DNA of 50,972 nt. Source: a virus. The translations under genes and the position numbers were made by a program. The notes beneath the pieces were generated by a model. It saw only the letters and a program-made list of their open reading frames with translations. It ran no database searches and was not told the DNA's origin. Each line of letters begins with the position of its first letter. The first letter of the stretch is position 1. Shown one piece after another: positions 44,645 through 50,972 of this stretch. The DNA is taken from IMG/VR virus record IMGVR_UViG_3300033141_003735; one strand, written 5' to 3'.

Positions 44645-45640
44645 AAATAGAGACTGGTTATATAAGAAGTATGTCATAGAAAAACTTTCTGCATGTGAGA
44701 TTCAAAGGATCTGTTCAGTCGGAAACGGTACAATAGAAAGGTGGCTGAGAAAGTTTGGCATTGAAATCAGAAGTTACAGCGAAGCAATTAAGCTAATAAG
44801 GAAAAATAAATATTGGCATAGTGGTAATTTATCAAAACAAAAGATACAAAAGTACAGGAATAAGAATTGGCTATACCAGAAATATTGGGTAGAAGGCTTA
44901 GACTCGGTGCAGATGGCCAAAATTGTGGGAACCCAATCTAATGTAATTATGAGCTGGATTAGGGCTTTTAATATAAAAGTAAAGCCCAAAGGTGAAAACC
45001 AAAGAGGGCGAAAACATTATATCAGAAGAGTCTAAGCTCTTGATTTCTATAAAAGCCAAGAAAAGATGGCAAAGTAAATCATACCGAAAGAAGATGTCAC
45101 TTGTATTAAAAGGTCTTCAAGCAGGAAAAAATAATCCTAATTACGGGGGAGTTTATTCGAGGAAGAGATCGGTTAAAGAAAAAATTAGCAAAGCAAATAA
45201 AGGAAGAAAGATTAGTGAAGAAGAAATGGCTAGGCGTATTCAGTCATGGAAAACAAGGCCTTCTAAATTAGAGAAGATGTTTGATGATATTACTCCTCCT
45301 GAAATTAGATATACAGGAGATGGAGCCTGGTGGAGAAAACTAGATGAATGGGCATTATCATAATCCAGATTTTAAAGTCACTGGCCAGAATAAAGTAATA
45401 GAAATTTGGGGTTCGCATTGGCATAAAAACGATGATGGGTATTATCTGATTAATTTATATAGAAGAGCTGGGTTAGATTGCTTAATCATAAAAGAGTCTG
45501 AATTCTATCCTTTGACTAATTCTCCCTCTAAAAGGATTTTAAATAAAAATAGAAGGCTTAAAATACAAAGGAAGGTAAGGGCGTTTGTGAATGATAGCCC
45601 TAGCCAGTTGTTGCTGTCCCCCCCATTGAAAATCCGTTGA
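44613..45640 (+). pseudogene. Free-standing homing endonuclease gene (HTH repeats, NUMOD3-like, Vsr/DUF559-like PD-(D/E)XK) broken into three frames
   Basis: There are two copies of the HTH module: WLYKKY..IQRICSV..GTIERWLRKFGIEIRSYSEA and WLYQKY..MAKIVGT... NUMOD3-like motifs GKNNPNYGG and ISKANKGRKISEE follow. The nuclease core is PSKLEKMF...YTGDG / HYHNPDFKV..KVIEIWGSHWH. Frame changes occur near 44990..45005 and 45340..45350. Confidence 0.6.
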
Positions 45641-48335
45641 ATTTGCCTTCAATTATATCATTCCAGATTTCTTTCTCGTCTCCCAAATAGACGGAGATAT
45701 ACCAATCACCAGATTTGACCAGGTGGTTGTCCCCAGTGCCTCCCTTGTGATGGTCTTCTTCGGCCTGGTAGCATTCAATGATTTTAGCTTTAATAGGTTT
45801 TCCCTCGTGCATCAGCTTGATTTTTCCGCCCTTTATCATAAACTTTTTTAACGCCTTCCATATCTCTGAAGCAGAAGCCGCATCTCCCTGGGTATCTACG
45901 TCGTTTGCTGAGTACACAATACCACCTACGATATACTCTTTTTTGTTCACCTTAAGGAATCTAAAATAAGGAGAATCATCTTTTTTTATTATTCTTTCCA
46001 GGGCTTTTTTTATTTTCTCAGCTAGGCTACTCCACCACTCTTCCCAGTTTTTCTCCCCATAGGACGTTTTGCCAGCCACTACGATTCTAGGTCTGTTCTC
46101 AGTCCCTATATCTGAGATAGAAAACAACCCTTCTGATTTATCGATTTCCTCGCTTACTTTTTCAGCAAGAGAATCTAGGTTCTGGTCTCTCATGCGAAAC
46201 ACCACAAAGGCTACACGGTCTTTATCTTTACCCTCATCTGTGCTTCTTATCTCTACATGTGCTAAAGAATTTAAGCCCTCAAGCCAGGCATCTTTAATGT
46301 GTTTATCCACCATCAGGCCTTTCCAATTTTTTTTAGGTGAATCAGTTCGACCGCTTAAGGGCTTGGAAGGAACGACACCATAAACAGCTTTATATGCAAG
46401 CGTTGGGGAGTTTATACGTTCTTGCTTATCAACCTCTTTTTTATGGTCATCGTCGTCTAGTTTTCTCATCATCCAAATGCGCTTACCTTCCTCTGTTGGC
46501 ACATACGCCATAAGCCAGTTGCCGTCAAAGTGCCGGCTATTGGTAACGTGGAACTTCTTGGCATGCTCGTCAGCCTGGTAAAGAGACCAATTAAACTTAT
46601 CGATTCTTAACATAGCCGCATACATGTTTGCAGTTGCACCAACTTCCCCAGGCTCAAATATCTCTAGTTTGTTAACACCTGCTTTAAACCAACTCATAGG
46701 GCCTCGAATTATATCGATTTTAGTTTCGCCTTTTCTGGGAACCTTCCACCCAAATCTCAAGCTCTGACCTTTTTTGTACCCATAAATTTTATTCAGCCCT
46801 GAGAGGTTGCCTATCATAATCTCTCCACCCTCCCAATATTTATCTTTCTTTCTATGGAACCGTATATCTATATGGGCGCCCTGCTCTCCGATTTTATTCT
46901 TTAAGAGCTTCTCAAGATTCCTAAGGTCACCTCTGGCTACTATAGCTCGGTCTTTAATGTCCAGAAGGCTCTCGAGTTCTTTTTCCTCTATGCCCATTAT
47001 ATGAAGCTGAGCTACAGCATCACCTGAGTCGCCTTCTTCAAAATCTATGTTTCCCTCTACACTAGCCGCACCCTCTTCGTCCTTTACCTTTTTGAATTTG
47101 ACATTACGGATTACAGTCTGGACTCCCTGGGGGTACTCGTACTCTTTGGGCAGTTTGTACTTATCTACCCAGTCGAATTCGTAAGACCAAAGACTTTTCT
47201 CTTTATCGAAGCCCCAGTCCTTAGCCTCCTTATCAGTTATCTTATGTTTTTCTTTAAGGTCTTGGAATTCTTTTTGAGTAATCTTTATGGGCTTGTGGAA
47301 TTTAACCTCTCCATAGCACAAATCTCCACTGCATAGGAAAACAGTTTTCTCAACATACTCATCTGGGAGCTTCTTAATCTTAATAACTAGGTTCTTATCC
47401 CCATCAAACATGTACTTGCCATGAGGTTCCTGAAGATATATTCCCCGTCCGGAACCAATTGCTTTCTGTAGGATATTAGCCTTCTCTGCGATTTGTACAA
47501 CCTGGTTAGCATAATAAGGCTCTTTCCTCGCCTCGTCTTTATCAATCACCCTTGGGCCTAGCCAATCCAGTTTATTCTCGCTTGGGATAATCTCCTCAAT
47601 GCCTATAGTCAAAATATCCCCTGGGCTAGCATTTATCTTTGTGTTAAATGTCTTGCCTAGGTTCACTAGCTCCATATCACCAACACGGGTTATGTTTTGG
47701 TAGGGGCTATCTCCTTTCAATACCCCGCAGGTGTAGTTGTAATTGCCTCCTTTTACACTGTGCTTCTCTATGACCATTACTTTTATCTCAGCCTCTATTT
47801 TAAGCTTAGCCCAGCCTTCTATGCTTCCATCTACATCCCATATGCTTTCGATATCCTTGACCACAATCCCTTCAGACTGGGGATATTTAGCAAACTTTTT
47901 AAACGCTTTTTCTAGCTCGCTTTTATTGTTTACGACCTGGGTCTCTGTTATTTTAAAATTTTTAGATGACTTAAGATATTTATTATAGAACTCCTCAAGT
48001 TTTTTTCTTCTTTCACTAAAAGGCAATAGGTGTAGGTCTTTTTTCCAGAAAGGCAAATCGAAAACGGTACAGACTATTATTTCTCCTTCCGTAAGCTCTG
48101 GTTTATCAGCCATTAAAGTCATAAGCTTAATTCGAGGCAAAGGCTTCCCGTTCTTTTCTATACCCACTCCCCCGTCAAGAATGTAATCATCAGGTATCTT
48201 AGCTAAAACCTCCGTCAATGAAGCAAACTCTTTTGTTCTATCCTTACCACCTTCAGTCTTTATGCGGAATCTATCTCCTAATTTTTCAGCTATGCATCTA
48301 AAAGAATTAAGCTTTGGCTCAGCCACAAGTCCCAT
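45600..48335 (-). CDS. Multidomain head-module protein: ATP-dependent ligase-like NTase plus OB domains (N-terminally truncated), central domains (possible ASCH-like and LigD phosphoesterase-like), and a C-terminal XkdF-type prohead protease
   Basis: Ligase motifs are I KLNSFR (variant), III ILDGGV (variant), IIIa FDLPFW...PFSERRKKLEEF, IV SEGIVVKD and V GWAKLK. The C-terminus YIVGGIVYSANDVDTQGDAASASEIWKALKKFM...SGDWYISVYLGDEKEIWNDIIEGKFNGFSMGGTA matches XkdF. Confidence 0.6.
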   Translation of the reverse strand: MGLVAEPKLNSFRCIAEKLGDRFRIKTEGGKDRTKEFASLTEVLAKIPDDYILDGGVGIEKNGKPLPRIKLMTLMADKPELTEGEIIVCTVFDLPFWKKDLHLLPFSERRKKLEEFYNKYLKSSKNFKITETQVVNNKSELEKAFKKFAKYPQSEGIVVKDIESIWDVDGSIEGWAKLKIEAEIKVMVIEKHSVKGGNYNYTCGVLKGDSPYQNITRVGDMELVNLGKTFNTKINASPGDILTIGIEEIIPSENKLDWLGPRVIDKDEARKEPYYANQVVQIAEKANILQKAIGSGRGIYLQEPHGKYMFDGDKNLVIKIKKLPDEYVEKTVFLCSGDLCYGEVKFHKPIKITQKEFQDLKEKHKITDKEAKDWGFDKEKSLWSYEFDWVDKYKLPKEYEYPQGVQTVIRNVKFKKVKDEEGAASVEGNIDFEEGDSGDAVAQLHIMGIEEKELESLLDIKDRAIVARGDLRNLEKLLKNKIGEQGAHIDIRFHRKKDKYWEGGEIMIGNLSGLNKIYGYKKGQSLRFGWKVPRKGETKIDIIRGPMSWFKAGVNKLEIFEPGEVGATANMYAAMLRIDKFNWSLYQADEHAKKFHVTNSRHFDGNWLMAYVPTEEGKRIWMMRKLDDDDHKKEVDKQERINSPTLAYKAVYGVVPSKPLSGRTDSPKKNWKGLMVDKHIKDAWLEGLNSLAHVEIRSTDEGKDKDRVAFVVFRMRDQNLDSLAEKVSEEIDKSEGLFSISDIGTENRPRIVVAGKTSYGEKNWEEWWSSLAEKIKKALERIIKKDDSPYFRFLKVNKKEYIVGGIVYSANDVDTQGDAASASEIWKALKKFMIKGGKIKLMHEGKPIKAKIIECYQAEEDHHKGGTGDNHLVKSGDWYISVYLGDEKEIWNDIIEGKFNGFSMGGTATTG

Positions 48336-48885
48336 CGTCTTTTACCTCTAATTTTCCTAATAATAATTGATTTTCATATTCTAAAATTGAAATCCTTTCC
48401 TCTAATTCTTTAATCTTTTTCTTCATTGTGTTTATTTGGACATGATTGGCTTGGTTAGGTAATAACTCAAGATTTTCTATTCTATTATCATCTTTAATTC
48501 CATTTTTATGATGAACTACTTCCCAGGTTTCGAGACACCTTCCTAAATACTTTGCCATAACCAAACGATGTTCTCTGATATAACCATGATGATCAGCCAT
48601 TGGATAGAAAGGACTTTCTTCTTTTAGATTAATATATATATAACCTTCTTTTGTTTTAAGCTTCCCGCCTTTCCACCTTGGGTGGTCTTCTCGTTTATAG
48701 CCTATATTATTAAAAAGTTTTCTGCTACACTTAGCACAATGACCAGTATAATTAGGTCGATTCATTTTATTTAATTGAACCCATCGTTTCGAACCACAAT
48801 TTGGGCATATTACTAATCCATATTTATTCGAACCCTTTTTTCCTATTTCAAAGGGTCTCTTAACGTCTATAATTTCATTGTTCAT
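48319..48885 (-). CDS. HNH homing endonuclease inserted within the ligase-like coding region
   Basis: HHGYIREHRLVMAKYLGRCLETWEVVHHKNGIKDDNRIENLELLPNQANH is the HNH motif, with an N-terminal CPNC...CAKC zinc finger. The ORF starts 1 nt after the upstream stop and overlaps the downstream ATG by 17 nt. Confidence 0.8.
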   Translation of the reverse strand: MNNEIIDVKRPFEIGKKGSNKYGLVICPNCGSKRWVQLNKMNRPNYTGHCAKCSRKLFNNIGYKREDHPRWKGGKLKTKEGYIYINLKEESPFYPMADHHGYIREHRLVMAKYLGRCLETWEVVHHKNGIKDDNRIENLELLPNQANHVQINTMKKKIKELEERISILEYENQLLLGKLEVKDDGTCG

Positions 48886-48886
48886 T

Positions 48887-50089
48887 TCAAATCCTTTCTT
48901 TAGCCCAGTCCCATATCTGCTCTACTGTAAACGCCTCCGTATGAGTTAGAAAGCCGCTCATAGCAGGCTTAGGTGGAACAAACTCCCCAAACGGGGTAAG
49001 CTCTTTTTCCTTTTTAACCTTTGTCATCACGGCCAATGCTGTGTTTGAGGATTTTATAAGCTGAGACGACCAGCCCTTGCTTAGAATCTTTTTAAATTCA
49101 GTTAGGTTCTTGTACTCATGTTTATGGGTGGGGTCTTGTCTTTCGCCCAGAGGTACTATGACTATAGCTTTTTTCCTAGCCACTCTCTCCATTTCTTTAG
49201 CCAAAGACTTTGGATTGGTTACGTGTTCCAGCACATGGACTGCTGTCACGTTGTCAAATGAGTTATCTTCAAAAGGGATTCCTTTGTCTAAGTCATGCTC
49301 TTTGATATCGAGCTTCTTACCCCTTGCCATTTTAATAGCAGTTCTATCTACATCCACTCCCAGGACGTCCCTTCCATCTCCTTCCAGGAGCTTAAGAAGT
49401 TTTCCCGAACCGCAGCCTATGTCCAGAACCGAGCCTTTGCTTAGATTCTCAAGCACATGAGCATTGTCACAAAGAAGGCCTACATCCCAACTCTCTAATC
49501 CCTCATAATAATCCGCTGCTCTTTTAAGTTTAGCCTGTACGCTTTCCTTAACGTAAACTCTCTTAAGATTAGGTTTGACCCGAGCTACTAAATCAAAGAC
49601 AGGAATATAAGTGCTGTGAGGCCCACGAGGTGCATATACAAAATGCAAGTCTTTCTTTATTTGCCTCTTCAAGACCCTGCCTATTTTAAGCTCAAGGCCT
49701 TCGTCTCTATTTCTTGCATACTCCCGGATTATGATATCTAGGTCATTAGCTTCTCTCGGTCTCTTGACAAACGACCCCCCAATAGAAATATAGTCGTTTA
49801 CTATTACCTGGTCTCCTATGCTTTTAATATCAATTCCCGTCATGGCTTTTCTGAACGCCTCAATGTCCAAATCAGTTGTAGTGTGATGAGTGAGATTCCT
49901 CTTGTTCATCTCTCTTATGAGGATTTGATACTTGTCTATAAATTCAAAGCGGTCTAGTCCGCCGACCTCCCCACCTTCTCGGCCCTTGAGGTTCTTGTTA
50001 TAGAGCTGTATAAATCTAAGGCGCATGTTATATAGTTCTTTATCATTCTCCTTTTTGATTGATTTTGCTGTAATATTCTCTATTTCCAT
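48887..50089 (-). CDS. Pol-beta-type nucleotidyltransferase plus class I SAM methyltransferase protein, ending in the N-terminal segment of the ligase-like domain (start revised to MEIEN at 50089)
   Basis: ISIGGSFVKRPREANDLDIIIRE fits the GS-x10-DxD NTase motif. VLDIGCGSGKLLKLLEGDGRDVLGVDVD...VHVLEHV is the SAM MTase. The C-terminus is FVPPKPAMSGFLTHTEAFTVEQIWDWAKERI. Confidence 0.55.
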   Translation of the reverse strand: MEIENITAKSIKKENDKELYNMRLRFIQLYNKNLKGREGGEVGGLDRFEFIDKYQILIREMNKRNLTHHTTTDLDIEAFRKAMTGIDIKSIGDQVIVNDYISIGGSFVKRPREANDLDIIIREYARNRDEGLELKIGRVLKRQIKKDLHFVYAPRGPHSTYIPVFDLVARVKPNLKRVYVKESVQAKLKRAADYYEGLESWDVGLLCDNAHVLENLSKGSVLDIGCGSGKLLKLLEGDGRDVLGVDVDRTAIKMARGKKLDIKEHDLDKGIPFEDNSFDNVTAVHVLEHVTNPKSLAKEMERVARKKAIVIVPLGERQDPTHKHEYKNLTEFKKILSKGWSSQLIKSSNTALAVMTKVKKEKELTPFGEFVPPKPAMSGFLTHTEAFTVEQIWDWAKERI

Positions 50090-50090
50090 T

Positions 50091-50972
50091 TTACACCACC
50101 GCTGTGAACGTACATTCGCAGTTATGACTTGCAATATTATTAGCAATGTACCAATGGTTTTTGGTTTGCAAATTATATACATATCCGGTATAATATTCAG
50201 TATGGACACTAATGACTTTATCGAACTTTATAGGAAAGGGTTGTCCATTTATAAAATTGCTAATATCTATGGAGTTAGCCCCTCTTGGGTCTATTTCGTA
50301 GTTAAAAGAGCTGGGGTTAATAGGACACGCTCCGAGGCTTTGCGTCTCCAACCTAGGGAAAGATTTGTTGCCATGTCTAAAAAAGCAGTAATTGCTCGTC
50401 AAGGACGCGGACGGGAAATTACTTTTGCCGAACGGTTGCGTAGAGCCAAAACCCGTGAACTTAGACAATCCGCCACCGGCCCCACTGAAAAATTGGTTGT
50501 CATTGCTCTTAGCAAAAAAGGAATTCATGGTGTAGCCCAAAAGGCTATTGGTCCCTATAATTGCGACTTGGCCGTCGGGACTAACATCGCCGTGGAAATC
50601 CTCAGCACTTATTTTCGTTTTTACGGTAAGCGTAGACTTAGAGAGGAAAAACGACTCCGCAATTTGCTCAATTGGGGCTGGAATATAATTTATATTCTTC
50701 TTAATCCGCGAAATCCAGTTATAACCAACGTCCAAAGAGATAACGTAGTCTCCAAGATTCAAGAAATTAATAGGCACCCAACCGAAATTACTCAATACTG
50801 GATGATTGGGAGTAGCGGTCAGATTCTTGCCAGTGGTGGTTTTAATGATGATAACATCTCCCTCGTACCACCTTTTCGTAACTCCAGAGATCCTGCCACA
50901 GGGAGATACAAGAGAGTCCCCAGGTAGACAGTTCGGATGAACTGGAATTACCCCCTGTGCCTCATCAATCGT
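50091..50972 (-). CDS. Mu F/SPP1 gp7-like head morphogenesis protein, 3' portion: end of N-extein, 270-aa intein and 9-aa C-extein (CECTFTAVV)
   Basis: Continuous minus-strand frame ...TIDEAQGVIPVHPN|CLPGDSLV...NIASHN|CECTFTAVV*. Joins 1..906 through the terminal repeat. Confidence 0.8.
   Translation of the reverse strand, partial: TIDEAQGVIPVHPNCLPGDSLVSPCGRISGVTKRWYEGDVIIIKTTTGKNLTATPNHPVLSNFGWVPINFLNLGDYVISLDVGYNWISRIKKNINYIPAPIEQIAESFFLSKSTLTVKTKISAEDFHGDVSPDGQVAIIGTNSLLGYTMNSFFAKSNDNQFFSGAGGGLSKFTGFGSTQPFGKSNFPSASLTSNYCFFRHGNKSFPRLETQSLGACPINPSSFNYEIDPRGANSIDISNFINGQPFPIKFDKVISVHTEYYTGYVYNLQTKNHWYIANNIASHNCECTFTAVV
50166..50194 (+). promoter_or_regulatory. Sigma-70-type promoter (TTGCAA-17-TATAAT) antisense to intein block F, 7 nt upstream of the plus-strand ATG
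   Basis: TTGCAA at 50166..50171 and TATAAT at 50189..50194. ATG at 50202 with no Shine-Dalgarno site, implying a leaderless mRNA. Confidence 0.55.
50202..50927 (+). CDS. HTH plus Vsr/DUF559-like PD-(D/E)XK homing endonuclease encoded antisense, entirely within the intein
   Basis: The HTH is MDTNDFIELYRKGLSIYKIANIYGVSPSWVYFVVKRAGVNRTRSEA. The nuclease core is TGPTEKLVVIALSKKGIHGVAQKAIGPYNCDLAVGTNIAVEILSTYFRFYGKRRLREEKRLRNLLNWGWNIIYI. It shares the module family of 44613..45640. Confidence 0.65.
   Translation: MDTNDFIELYRKGLSIYKIANIYGVSPSWVYFVVKRAGVNRTRSEALRLQPRERFVAMSKKAVIARQGRGREITFAERLRRAKTRELRQSATGPTEKLVVIALSKKGIHGVAQKAIGPYNCDLAVGTNIAVEILSTYFRFYGKRRLREEKRLRNLLNWGWNIIYILLNPRNPVITNVQRDNVVSKIQEINRHPTEITQYWMIGSSGQILASGGFNDDNISLVPPFRNSRDPATGRYKRVPR

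Larger units (their letters stand above)
50121..50930 (-). mobile_element. Intein (Hint domain, 270 aa) in the Mu F-like protein
   Basis: Block A is CLPGDSLV and block B is TATPNHPV (TxxH). Blocks F/G are YTGYVYNLQTKNHWYIANNIASHN followed by +1 Cys. Excision restores the HPNCxC motif. Confidence 0.8.

Noticed and set aside
45600-45660. Idea that the plus-strand cassette split an XkdF protease-scaffold gene, because the (I/V)S.VD.PAN motif follows the insertion
   Set aside because: As far as I recall, that motif sits at the N-terminus of XkdF-type proteins, and the 911-aa ORF already ends with the family's G.S.GG.A terminus. An intergenic insertion is the simpler reading.
50025-50201. Upstream 59 codons of tracked plus ORF 50025..50927
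   Set aside because: This part is hydrophobic nonsense overlapping two minus-strand genes, and the promoter lies inside it. The plausible start is the ATG at 50202.

Overview
The window is a complete dsDNA tailed-phage genome. The first 111 nt are identical to the last 111 nt, so the unit length is 50,861 bp and the molecule is circular or circularly permuted. The window edge cuts through one gene.

Almost all genes are on the minus strand. Reading down the coordinates:
- Packaging and lysis: small and large terminase, portal, and a lysis block with an M15 endolysin, a holin-like protein and a lipoprotein/TM pair.
- Early/DNA metabolism block: RusA, a Lar-like protein, a replisome organizer, a DNA methyltransferase, and a fusion of a single-strand annealing protein (SSAP) with a nuclease.
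- Siphovirus-type tail module: major tail protein, G/GT chaperone with an A_AAA_AAC slippery site, a 1276-aa tape measure, tail-tip proteins and a fibre.
- Head-tail joining genes interrupted by a 5.3-kb glycosyltransferase/sulfotransferase island.
- Head module: capsid, scaffold and an XkdF-type protease.

I found no tRNA, CRISPR array or integrase.

The genome is heavily colonised by selfish elements: three HNH genes, two GIY-YIG genes, two Vsr/DUF559-like endonuclease genes and one intein.

Main findings:
1. A 270-codon intein sits in the Mu F/SPP1 gp7 head morphogenesis protein at the conserved HPN|CxC motif.
2. An apparently intact Vsr-like homing endonuclease gene lies entirely inside that intein on the opposite strand. 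It has its own near-consensus promoter, a leaderless start, and codon usage that keeps the intein frame open.
3. A head-module enzyme array (Pol-beta-type nucleotidyltransferase, SAM methyltransferase, divergent ATP-ligase-like domain, possible phosphoesterase) is fused to the prohead protease. An HNH gene splits it just before ligase motif I.
4. A glycosylation/sulfation island is embedded in the virion structural operon.

Several reading-frame breaks (TerL, scaffold N-terminus, the DUF115 gene, the plus-strand endonuclease) need read-level checks. They could be assembly errors, decay or recoding.
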